DNA of 64,000 nucleotides from Plasmodiophora brassicae (Eukaryota): NCBI GenBank assembly GCA_036867785.1, contig CP145417.1, positions 620,001 to 684,000 of the forward strand, read 5' to 3'. Shown piece by piece: positions 1 to 10,140 of this stretch (position 1 is its first letter; each line of letters starts with the position of its first letter). The notes under the pieces were generated by a model. It saw only the letters and a program-made list of their open reading frames with translations, ran no database searches and was not told where the DNA came from. The position numbers and the translations under genes were made by a program.

Positions 1-219
1 GACGCCCGTGCCGGCGGCGTAGGCCGCCTTGGCGGTGCCGGATCCGACCGCGTTGTACAGGACGGCCACGTCCCGACGAACGAAGGTGTACAGCGTCGCC
101 GCATCCGTGTAGACCGATGCCGGCAAGGTACCGCCGTCGCCCGTGACGATGATCTGCGCGATCGCCGCCTGGCGTAGGAGGTCGCATACGACCACCAATA
201 TCGTGGCCGACAACCTCAT
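1..219 (-). CDS. 5' end of a second PstS-domain receptor gene (tandem paralog of 537-3834), runs off the window edge
   Basis: Manual translation from ATG at 219 gives MRLSATILVVVCDLLRQAAIAQIIVTGDGGTLPASVYTDAATLYTFVRRDVAVLYNAVGSGTAKAAYAAGTGV. This is colinear with the N-terminus of the 3834 gene (IIVGGPGGTLPEAVYKDAATLYTFVRPEVVVRYNAVGSGAAKAAYAAGTG). Only the signal peptide and the start of the PstS domain are visible. Confidence 0.85.
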   Translation of the reverse strand, partial: MRLSATILVVVCDLLRQAAIAQIIVTGDGGTLPASVYTDAATLYTFVRRDVAVLYNAVGSGTAKAAYAAGTGV

Positions 220-536
220 CGTGGCGAACCGCGATCCTTCACTAGCCTTGTGACTGGCGGCCCGGTCGGGCCACTGTCGCTGCCTGACCTGGAAGTATAT
301 ACTGTAGTGCTACCCTGTACCGAGGCGCTGGGCCGAGCTGACCAATGGGTCACCTGTCGACCTCCGGGTGGTCGTTCGAGGCTCCTATGGTTCGAGTTGG
401 TTGGCGATGGAGTGCAACCAATGCCGGGCATAACCCATTGCAGGTTGCATAGACCAACAGCTGCGTTGCCGATAGTCGACGCCCAATCCGACATCGGCGA
501 CCGAATCCCCGCTGCGTCCAACCAAATGCACACGAT

Positions 537-3500
537 TCATTGCAGCGGTGGCGCATGGGGCACCTGGCCGATGTCGGCGACGCGGTACTTTCTGTGCCAC
601 CAGAACTGTGGTGAATCGTGGCTGGGCCTGATCGGACTGGCCGGCGGTCGGGACGGAGTCGCAGGGCCGGTGGGCGTCTCCCGGGTGGCTCCCATGCCCG
701 TCGACGTCAGCTTGTCTCTGTTCTTGGAGATCGTGTGCGTTTCCGACTCGCCGGAGCGTACGACGATGAGTTTGGGGATGAACAGGATGCCCAGCGTCGA
801 CGCCAGCGTGAAGAAAGCGGCCAGCGTAGTGGCGAGCAGGGTGACAGCCGGCGGAGCATTGCTGAAGGTTATCATCGGCATTGTAAGCTGTAACAGGCGC
901 GAATCAGAGCATGCTGGCATACGTGCTGGCGTGGCCTGACGATGGCAATCAACAGGGCGCTATAGATGCACATGCCGATCTGTTTGGAGTCGTTCAGGGC
1001 CTGGATCTCGACGGACGAGGTCTGGAACGACACCCAGGACCCCATGATGAGGATGGCGCCCTTGTAGACGACCAGCACGAAGATGAATGACGACCGGTGC
1101 CGCGAGTTGCAGAATGCTTCCTGTGGGGTAATCATACGCGACGCCGGTGCCGCCGGATCCGCGTACGATTGCCCATCCTGCAGAGCCATGGACATGGGGT
1201 CCATGATCATCCACGCCCCCAGCACCACCACATCAACCAGCAGAAGCAGGGCGAGATGACGCAACAGCATGACGTTCGTCACAATCACCGTCTTCAGGCG
1301 AAGCAGGACGAATATCTGCAAAGGACATGAATACCGCTTCAGTCGGCATCGAAAGCGTCGAACCTTATAGACCCTCCAGGTCTTGACAAACAGGCCACCA
1401 TACGCCAACGTGAACGCAATGCAGAACAGTACCATTTGGAAGTTGCACTGAAGCCCAAACGCGGGATCATCCATGGCGGGGTACGCTGTGATGGCGGGCG
1501 CCACGAACCCCAAGGCGGCCCCAAGTGCAATGATGCTGTTGAAGAGCGGAGATGACATCTGAATGTACGGCAGGGATCGATAATGGTACTGGAACGTTAG
1601 AACGCCGACGGCCAGGGCTAGCCCAACGGCCATGATTGCGATAACGGCGGCAGATATGCCGGCAGGGACCGGAAGGCGCTGGAAGACATTGGAGACTGCG
1701 ACGACCGGTGGCGCCAGGATGGACACCCCGTCGCATGTGATCTGGGCGGCCGGCGAATCGGCTGTCGTGTTGGCGAGCCGGTACGCCCCCAGGTTCATCT
1801 GCGTAATGGGCGCGTCGGAGATGGACGGGTTGAAGAGCCATCCCAGGGTCCGGGCGACGCGCTGTCCATCGGGGCACCCAGCGCCGGACGCCCCTGACGT
1901 GTACTGCTGCCGGGCGACGACATGCATCGGGAATCGTAGCTGGTAACAAGTAGGCGATGCGGATCCATGCAACGTACAGTTGGTCAGCGACGAGCTCGAT
2001 GGTGACAGTGGCGTCGAGCGCCCATCGAACAGGATACGGGCAACGTTGTCCGATGCGGTCTGCGACAGCTCGTAGTACCCCAGCGAGTATGGTTTGACGA
2101 GCAGCGCCGCTTGGACAGACGGCGACGTGGGCTCCAGAAGCGAATGGCAGGGCGTGAACGCTTGCAGAGGCTGATTCGGGTACAGGATACCGTAAAGGTT
2201 CACGGTCGACGGGTGGTTCGGGTCCAGCGGCATCACCACCGATATCGCCTGGTTGGGCAGAGTCATGGACGGGTTCAGCGCCACCAGAGCCGGATCGTTC
2301 CACATGCAGATAGCGCCGTTCAGGATCTTCCGGATAACGTCGAACGACAGCGTCAGCGTCTCAGTCTGGGGTGGGAGTACGTAGGCGAAGACCGTTGCCA
2401 TTGAAAAGAATGGGACCGATAGGACCTGGCTGGCATCCGATGCCGGTAATGCATTGACGGTGGCACCTGGCACAACAGCAAATGCAATGGACCCGTTCAG
2501 GACTTGCTGGATGGCGCCCGTGTACTCCACTGTCTTCACGTACTCGAGCGTATACGTGCTCCTGACATCGGCCGGGCCACTCTCGACGAAAGCATGCCCG
2601 AAGATGTTGAAGATGGACTGGGCCACCTTCACGCCGGCTCCGACAATCGTGGGTGGCGCAGGTGGCGCCTCCAGCTGGACGCTGTTGCATTTCACGGAAG
2701 AATACAACTTGTTGAGAACGGTATTGAGAGAGCCCGTCGACAGGGTGACGAACCCGTACTTGCCGGCGGTAGCCGCCACCGCTGGGCTCGTGTAGAACCA
2801 CAGCCAGAACTTCAGTGCATCATCCTTCAACGGGCAGTCGCTGCCGAGCTGGGTATGAAAGATCAGGTAGGTGAACGTGGAGATGGGCCAGGCGCCCGGT
2901 GCGTTCGAGTCCAATAGGTTGATGTTCATGCTCGCGTCAAAGTCGCCGTCGTTGGCTGCGACTGCCCGCGAAACGCCATCGATTCCGGGGGCCACCGTCC
3001 GGCCAGCTAAGTTCACGATGCGGGCGATCGACACGCCGACGTTCTCAGCGTCGTATAGGACGCTATCTGTGTAGCATATGGTCAGATGCGATCGATAACC
3101 AAGCACCGGCCCTGAACGGCCTACATCCGATGGAGTAGGGCGTCAACAGGACGTTGGCGACCACGCCCGGGTTGCCGACTCCTTGGATCACGTTGGTGAC
3201 GTTCCAGTTGACCAGGTCGGCCCCACCGAAGTGGACCTTGAACGAGGGATCAAACGACGATAATGCAGAGGAGAACACGTTGGTCGTGCCACTGGCGTCT
3301 TGCCGGACAACAACCGCGATTGGTTGGTTGGGCAACACCTGGCCCGGGTTCGCCTGCGCGATCATTGAATCGTTCCACCGGGTGATAACGCCCATGAAGA
3401 TCTTCGCTAGCGCGGGACGCGTCAGGACGAGCGGGGCCGTCAGCTCCGGCACGTTATAAATCGGCACCACAGCAGTGGCAATCGTCGGGAACTGAGCACA

Positions 3501-3834
3501 CGACGGCATTCAATCGGCACACTATCAAGCGATCGTGCGAACGAGCGCATACCATTTGAAGGTCTGGCGTGCTGGCGTACATGGAGGCTGCTATGGGCGA
3601 GTCGCTGCACGCGAACGTGCCCGTACCGGCAGCGTACGCCGCCTTCGCCGCACCGGACCCGACCGCATTGTACCGGACGACCACCTCGGGGCGGACGAAC
3701 GTGTACAACGTCGCCGCGTCCTTGTAGACGGCCTCTGGCAATGTGCCGCCGGGGCCGCCCACGATGATATGGGCAACGCCAACCTCAAGGAGCGCCTGCC
3801 AAGCCGTCAATATGACGATGAATAACATCACCAT
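537..3834 (-). CDS. Class C (GABA-B-like, 7tm_3) GPCR with signal peptide and two PstS-type periplasmic-binding domains; about 5 exons
   Basis: PstS motifs GGTLP, NAVGSG, FACSDSP, VVVRQDASGTT, PYSIGY, AWPISTFTYL. A second, degenerate PstS repeat starts at TIVGAG. Class C 7TM motifs SSPLFN, FVKTWRVYKIF, LNDSKQIGMCIY, FIPK. GT-AG introns at 3492-3552, 3067-3124, about 1317-1364 and about 888-940. Confidence 0.85.
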
Positions 3835-4095
3835 GTGCCAGACGGCCGACTACACTGTGCTAGGAGACACACACACACACCCGTATCATTAACGTGGCTG
3901 GTCTGTGACGACCTCTGCTTCCGTCTGTCCCGGAACGGATACACACGTGATGGGGGGACTGGCATGCGGGAACATTGCCGCTGAACGACGCCAGCAGCGC
4001 GACAAAGTGGCTAGGCCCTGCCCCGAAGATGATGGGGAAACAGCGATCTGCTGTCACCCTCGTGTGTTATGATCGTGATTAGGGGGGATACAGTG

Positions 4096-6138
4096 TTATC
4101 GCAGGGCGAGATCGATCGTGTCGGGGTGGTTGGGGTTCGTGGAGACGGCGACAGCAACGTGTTTGATGAGGTCGGACGATATACCGTCCCTATCGACTTC
4201 GTGCGCAGTGATGCACGGTCGTATCGTGCCGCGTTGGCCACAGGCGACCACGATTCTGGCGTCCACCTGGTACAGGTCCAGGGTGTGCAGGTCGGCCAAG
4301 GCGTCCATGACATGCAGAACGTCCTGACCCGTCAGCCCCGACAACGCACGACGGTTTCCAAGCACCATCTGCTGGATTCGGGGAGCCCGACTCGCAATGC
4401 CACGAACGCCTCGAACGTCGACCGACGTGCACAACCCGATGTCGAGGCTTGTCAGCGTGGCACCGCACGCCTCCAGGATCTCGTGCAGCGCGTCGCTGGA
4501 GATGGCGCACAGCGACATGCGCAGCGTTGTCAGCACCGTCGAACGCGACAGGAGCGCCGCGATCCCCGTCCCGCGGACGCCAACGCAGGCCGACACGGTC
4601 AGCGACACGAGGTTCGGCAGACGCAGCGACGCGAGATGCGCATCCCTTAGCGTCGCATTGTTCGCCAGGTTCACATGGGAGAGCAACGGGGCCGACGACC
4701 CAAACCCGTCTAGGCGTGACACGTCGCGCTGGCGGCACAGGACGACCTTGGACAGGACGGGCCACGTCCCGGCACGAAGCGGGAGCGATCCCAGCGACGC
4801 CGACCGCAGGGACGGCGACAGCGTAGCGACGACCGCGATTGCGTCTCGTGTGTGCATTCGCTCGCAGCCGGAGGCGAATAGGTGTCGAATTCGAGGGCAG
4901 TGCCTTGCAATGGAATGCAGTGATGCGGAGGTCAGGGCAGTGTTGTAGGAGACGTCCAGGTACGTTACCCCAGGTAGGCGTGCCACGAGCTCGCCCACAG
5001 CGTCGTCTGTTACACCACTGCATGACGCCATTGTCAGCTTCGACAGCAACGAAGACAGCGCTGAGGATCGTGTCGCGGATGCCTTTCGCATTGATATTGG
5101 TTCGCGTTCTACAGCGTCGCCTGCCTCTGATTCGGCATCGCGTGCAGGACCACATGGCGACAAGTCGGGGATATCAGCGCTGGTAGGTGATGCACGCGGC
5201 AGCGTGAACGTCGAGGTGGCCATGTGCGGCTCTGTAATGGGATCGTCGTATTCGGGATCGAACGTGCAACCGTCCATATCGAAGGACTCGATGGCGGGAA
5301 GCGTGAAGATGAGAGCCGGGAGGCCTCTCAAGGCCGGGTTCCCTGCGCAGGACAGTGAACGTAATCGCTGCAGTGGTACAGACGTCAATGATTGTGCAGG
5401 TAGATTGCAGTGGGAAACATCCAGGGACGTTAATTGGCGATGCAGCGCGTTGCTTCCTTCGGCGAGGATAGCGGCAGCAATTCGCGGGCACCCCGGGACG
5501 CCTAGTGATGTCAGCGAAGGCAACGCCGCGATTAACGTTGGCAACGAGGAGCTGTTCGAGTGCGAGGACCGCGACATGTTCAAGGTGTGGAGGCGTCTGG
5601 TTGAAATCAGGTTGGCAATCTGCGATGCGGTTACAGAGCCGCAAGCAGCGATCACGTTCGCGTGCGTACAGACGAACGATAGCGAGCGGACCTGGTCCGC
5701 ATGCCGGACGACAGCATCGACGGCGGAGGGCTTTGCTCGACATTCGATCGTGATCGAAGTTCGTCGACGGAGCATGCGGCGGAGACGTCGTTGCCGGGAT
5801 AGCGCGGCACCGATCGTTATGTGCGGGTACGCATACGACGCTCGATGGAACGCAGAACAGGACGGAGCGACGCCCAGGAACAGGCTTCGGCTATCCAGGC
5901 AAGGCAGCACCTGGCCAACAAACACTGCATGGGGTACTGGAATCGGCCAGTCCAGAAAAGGCGACGGACGCGATGCCGATAGAGACGCTTCCTCGCTGCT
6001 GGTGCTGCTATTGCGGCTGCTGACGCATGGCGCAACGCTGGAAGGCGCGGACGACTCGGCGCTCAACGACGGCGAACGATGTCGTTTCGGGGACGGCAAA
6101 CGGCGCTCGTGGCCTGGCGAGACCACGAACGCCGACAT
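4096..6138 (-). CDS. F-box/leucine-rich repeat (FBXL/RNI-like) protein
   Basis: Single long ORF with a Ser-rich N-terminus, an F-box-like segment (PIPVPHAVFVGQVLPCLDSRSLFLGVAPSCSAFH) and many LxxLxLxxC repeats (LTSLDVSHC, VTYLDVSYN, LTSLDIGLC). Start codon uncertain (6138 or 6213). Confidence 0.75.
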   Translation of the reverse strand: MSAFVVSPGHERRLPSPKRHRSPSLSAESSAPSSVAPCVSSRNSSTSSEEASLSASRPSPFLDWPIPVPHAVFVGQVLPCLDSRSLFLGVAPSCSAFHRASYAYPHITIGAALSRQRRLRRMLRRRTSITIECRAKPSAVDAVVRHADQVRSLSFVCTHANVIAACGSVTASQIANLISTRRLHTLNMSRSSHSNSSSLPTLIAALPSLTSLGVPGCPRIAAAILAEGSNALHRQLTSLDVSHCNLPAQSLTSVPLQRLRSLSCAGNPALRGLPALIFTLPAIESFDMDGCTFDPEYDDPITEPHMATSTFTLPRASPTSADIPDLSPCGPARDAESEAGDAVEREPISMRKASATRSSALSSLLSKLTMASCSGVTDDAVGELVARLPGVTYLDVSYNTALTSASLHSIARHCPRIRHLFASGCERMHTRDAIAVVATLSPSLRSASLGSLPLRAGTWPVLSKVVLCRQRDVSRLDGFGSSAPLLSHVNLANNATLRDAHLASLRLPNLVSLTVSACVGVRGTGIAALLSRSTVLTTLRMSLCAISSDALHEILEACGATLTSLDIGLCTSVDVRGVRGIASRAPRIQQMVLGNRRALSGLTGQDVLHVMDALADLHTLDLYQVDARIVVACGQRGTIRPCITAHEVDRDGISSDLIKHVAVAVSTNPNHPDTIDLALR

Positions 6139-6329
6139 GGCTATGTACAGTAAACGATCGACTGTACCGCCGGCACGTCCAAGATCGCGCACGAAAGCCG
6201 GTCGCAGCCTCATCAGGTGCAGTCTACGGTTGGGGCGGCGCCGCTGCGCAGAGAACGCCACACCTGCGATGTCTGCAGATGTATATACCAGTCGCGCTTA
6301 GCGTACATGAAATCGCAGGGGCTGGCCGT

Positions 6330-6881
6330 TTAGCGGCGATGGGGGCTGACGATACCCGATTTCAGGCTTGGCCCGCTCTTCATAGCGTTCGTCGCGTCTT
6401 GCGTCGCCGAATTGCGGACGCCGACGCCCTGCTGGCTCTGTTGCTTGGCATGCCCTGCACGGCCGTCGTCGACCCATTTCGTGAACGTCGCCTTGAAACG
6501 CTTCTTGTAGGTGTCCACGTCACGCTGACGGTTGAAATCGAGCGCCCGGCGATGTTGCGCGCTGAGCCGGGCGGCCTTGGCACTCTGTTCGTGGCCCCGG
6601 GCTTCGCTTCTCTTCTTCAGGCGCTTCTCGGAATCGCCCGTCCGTCTCTTGTGCACGACGTCCATATTCGCAGCGTTATCATGGCCGAGACGGTCGTTCA
6701 ACAGATTGTCTCCAGCGTGTCGCGCACCCAACCCGAATCTGTTGCCAAACCATCCACCAGCGCTCGTCTTCCTCTGCGAGGCGGTCGCCGGCGCTAGCAC
6801 CTCGCCTTCGTCCCCCGATAGGCTCGCGCCCGCTGCTACGATACCCAGTAATAACAACACGACGAACGCTACACGTGCCAT
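6330..6881 (-). CDS. Small secreted basic protein of unknown function (183 aa)
   Basis: MARVAFVVLLLLGIVAAGA signal peptide followed by a K/R-rich mature region with no cysteine. Confidence 0.65.
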   Translation of the reverse strand: MARVAFVVLLLLGIVAAGASLSGDEGEVLAPATASQRKTSAGGWFGNRFGLGARHAGDNLLNDRLGHDNAANMDVVHKRRTGDSEKRLKKRSEARGHEQSAKAARLSAQHRRALDFNRQRDVDTYKKRFKATFTKWVDDGRAGHAKQQSQQGVGVRNSATQDATNAMKSGPSLKSGIVSPHRR

Positions 6882-7034
6882 ACCTCGTTTCGGGTATTCG
6901 GCCGGAACGGAGGGCATCTCCGCCACAAGCTGCCTCCCTTTGCCAACCTCGGAGACGACCTGGTCTACGCCCCCGATCACAAGGATACCATGTCCGTTCC
7001 AACGTTCGGTGAATCCGGTACCCTGTACTAAACG

Positions 7035-8930
7035 TCATCGCAGAGACCGAAACACGAGGTCAGCGTTTTCGAGGTCGCCGACAAGAACGTAGGCGTAGAC
7101 GAACGCGGACGCCACCGCGGGATCGTCGGACACGTTCTTCTCGTCGGAGCAGCGCTGCAGGTTGACCACGGCAGACGGTTGCAGCGACCTCCCGGCCGCT
7201 CTCACGAGACCGGCCATCAAGGTGCCACCGACCTGTACGCCCTGGTCGACCATTGCATGAAACATGGCCAACGCATGCGAAAAGCGATCCGCTTTGGCGT
7301 ACACACAGAGCATGTTCGCGAGCACCTCCACTATTAGCCGCTGGCCCGACTTCTTCACCATCATGAATGTGTCCATTGCTTTCGCAAGCTGCCCGTGCCG
7401 GCTGTACGCGACGATCAGCGCGTTGCACGTGACGACATCGGGAAGAGCCGTCATTGCCCGCTCGTGAAACACCTGTTCTGCGAGGCGCAACTCGCCGAAC
7501 AGGTCGTACACAGACACGAACGCGCACACGACGGTATCGTCATCGAGCAGGCGCGCCTCATGCGCGTACCGGTGAAGGCGGTAGATCGATATTCTGTCAG
7601 AGCAGCGACCACATGCGGCAACGAGGCATGCGAACGCAGGCGCATCAACCGCGACGCCCTCGTCCACCATAGTCTGGTACAAAGCCATGGCATCGTCGGT
7701 GCGATCCGCCTTGGCATAGACGGACAGCGCATTCGTGTACACGTGTTCGTCGAGCGCCAGGCCGGACGATTTCAGGCGTTCAAACGTGTGGATTGCGCGC
7801 TCCAGCATGCCATGGTGGGCGTAGGCGGCGATCATCGCGTTGAACGCTTGCAGGTTCGGGGTCGCCTGTTCCGACCGCTCCCGGAACACGTGTTCGGCGG
7901 CGCCCAGATCGCCACAATGGTCGTACGCGTAGACGAACGCGCAGACGATAAAGTCGTCGCCCAGTACACCGCGCTCGAATGCATAGCGATATAGGGCACG
8001 GACGTCTGCGGGCGTGCCCGTTCGGCCACACGCCGCAACGACCTGCGAGAACACAGGCGTGTCAACGTCAACGTACCGTTCGACCATCTGATGGAACAGC
8101 GCCAGCGCGTCGAGGAGACGGTCGTTCTTGGCGAGCGCAGACAGAGCCAGGGTGTAGACGTGCGCCGATGGCGACATGCCGATGGCGTGCATCCAGTGGA
8201 TGGCGTTGACGGCGGGCGAAAACCGGTTCTGGGCCAGGATCGCCTTGACGAGGTTGGCGTACACGCGTTCGTTGCGATGCGGGTGGATCCGACCCGACCG
8301 GATCAGGTCCAGCAAACGTTCGGCGGTGTCGGCGGCCGCCGGGCTCTTCGCTTCAGCGCAGCACGCCGCGAAGATGGAGAGCAGCGGCTCGCTGATAGGC
8401 ACATCACGGTCGACCGCATCGGCCACGAGGAACAGGGCCGACGACGGTTGGTTTGCCACCCGGCACGTATGGGCCACCGCGAACAGAACGTCGTGGGTCT
8501 TCGGGCCCCATTTCGCGAACGATTCCAGAGCATCGCCAATCATGGGCGGATCGGCATGCTGGCACGCCGCGAGGAGCGTCAGGAACAGCGTCTGGTCGAC
8601 GCGATGGCGACGAGCGACCGCCGCCTGGAGCACCGTCGGCGCCTTCGACGGGAGATGATGCCTGCAGAACGACATCACCGACTGGAAGAACGGCAGGCTC
8701 GTCATGTCGTATCGCGTGCCGAGCACGCGCTGGTACACCGCCCATGCGCGATCCGGGTCGGTCTCCTGCCGCAGCGCCCGGATCGCCAACCCTGCAGACG
8801 GGCGGCGCATGAAATCCAGGAACCGTTTCGCCTGCGACGGCCCCGGTTCGCCGTCGGCGCGAACGCTCAGCAGGCGGGCCCATTGCGGTCGCCGACGACG
8901 AAGAAGCACGCGGGCGCCATCACCCGGCAT
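7035..8930 (-). CDS. Pentatricopeptide repeat (PPR) protein, 631 aa, single exon
   Basis: Tandem 34-35 aa helical repeats (e.g. LQAFNAMIAAYAHHGMLERAIHTFERLKSSGLALD) and an Arg-rich, presequence-like N-terminus. Confidence 0.9.
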   Translation of the reverse strand: MPGDGARVLLRRRRPQWARLLSVRADGEPGPSQAKRFLDFMRRPSAGLAIRALRQETDPDRAWAVYQRVLGTRYDMTSLPFFQSVMSFCRHHLPSKAPTVLQAAVARRHRVDQTLFLTLLAACQHADPPMIGDALESFAKWGPKTHDVLFAVAHTCRVANQPSSALFLVADAVDRDVPISEPLLSIFAACCAEAKSPAAADTAERLLDLIRSGRIHPHRNERVYANLVKAILAQNRFSPAVNAIHWMHAIGMSPSAHVYTLALSALAKNDRLLDALALFHQMVERYVDVDTPVFSQVVAACGRTGTPADVRALYRYAFERGVLGDDFIVCAFVYAYDHCGDLGAAEHVFRERSEQATPNLQAFNAMIAAYAHHGMLERAIHTFERLKSSGLALDEHVYTNALSVYAKADRTDDAMALYQTMVDEGVAVDAPAFACLVAACGRCSDRISIYRLHRYAHEARLLDDDTVVCAFVSVYDLFGELRLAEQVFHERAMTALPDVVTCNALIVAYSRHGQLAKAMDTFMMVKKSGQRLIVEVLANMLCVYAKADRFSHALAMFHAMVDQGVQVGGTLMAGLVRAAGRSLQPSAVVNLQRCSDEKNVSDDPAVASAFVYAYVLVGDLENADLVFRSLR

Positions 8931-9137
8931 GCGCGAAAATGGCTTCCCCGGCCGGGTGCTTCGCCATCGTCACACGGGGACCACCAGCAGCGGGGGGCCA
9001 CAGTCGGACAGATAGAGGCGTTCGTGTGTCGAGTGGTGTGCACACTCCAGGGGTCAGCTGGGCGGCGGTATCCTTCGTTGGCTGGGTTGCTTCCCGAGGC
9101 GGTCCGGATTTTCTCCGTACGAAGGACAGGGCGGGTC

Positions 9138-10085
9138 ATGAGGCGCGGCGTCGGCGTCGGCGGCCTGAAGAAGCAGAAGGAGGCGGCCGCCAAGTTCAGG
9201 CAGGCCGGCAAGGAGATCGAGCAGACGCAGATGGCGCATGTACGATGCCCATCTGCGCGCGTGTGCGTGTGAGTGTGTGGCCGCGGTCGGCCCTGATGGT
9301 GCAGGTATAGGTCCGCGCGAGCCTGGCGGTGTTCAAGGAGAAGCTGGAGTCGTTCGCGATCAAGCATCGGAACGAGATCCGGTCGAACCCGCAGTTTCGG
9401 GCCCAGTTCGCCAAGATGTGTAGCAAGATTGGCGTCGACCCGCTGGCCTCCAACAAGGGGTTTTGGTCGGAACTGCTGGGCGTCGGTGACTTCTACTACG
9501 AGCTCAGCGTTCAGATCATTGAAATCTGCCTCGCGACGCGTCCCCAGAATGGTATATATGCTTCTGTCGTGCTGGGCCTGTCACGTCATCACTGATGTCG
9601 TTCGCTCAGGCGGGCTGCTGTCGCTGATGGAGTTGCTGACGAGGTTGGAGCGACGACGTGGAGCGTCAGCGCAGGCCATCTCAGTGGACGATGTCCGACG
9701 AGCGATCGAGAAGGTCCAGACACTGGGGAAGGGGTTCGGCATTGTCCATGTGGACAACAGACCAATGATCTTGTCCGTGCCGACCGAATTCAATCGGGAT
9801 CACACGGACGTACTCGCCGTCGCGCAGGTGGGCTCCTTGTAGGTCTGCCCTCCGTTTCTCCTTGGCCTAAGGTTGTCTCGATAGCAATCCGATGGGCACA
9901 CGTCGCTGCAGGTGCTGGGCACGGCACTGCAATGGCCAGAAGCACGTTGCGAGAAAGTCCTGCAACTGCTGCTCGATCTCGGTATCGCCTGGGTCGATTG
10001 CTACGACCCGCAGAAGCACGAGTACTGGTTCCCAAGTCTAATCAACAACGCCGACAATGCTGTTCAACAAACGCTTGCGATTTAG
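9138..10085 (+). CDS. SNF8: ESCRT-II subunit VPS22/SNF8 (EAP30), multi-exon
   Basis: [58 protein letters not shown] and C-terminal YWFPSL. Confidence 0.95.
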
Positions 10086-10140
10086 CCGTGGCTGAAACCT
10101 CAGAGTGCATATAGCCTGGTTTGCAGAACCATATGCCGTT

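Noticed and set aside
2700-3834. Bacterial pstS / pst operon or contamination
   Set aside because: The PstS region has spliceosomal introns, is fused to a 7TM, and has no pstCAB neighbours.
3866-3882. (CA)n microsatellites here and at about 49971-49985
   Set aside because: Short, ordinary simple repeats in a 5' flank and an intron.
7035-8930. DYW deaminase RNA-editing factor
   Set aside because: Neither PPR gene has an E/DYW extension or an HxE..CxxC motif.
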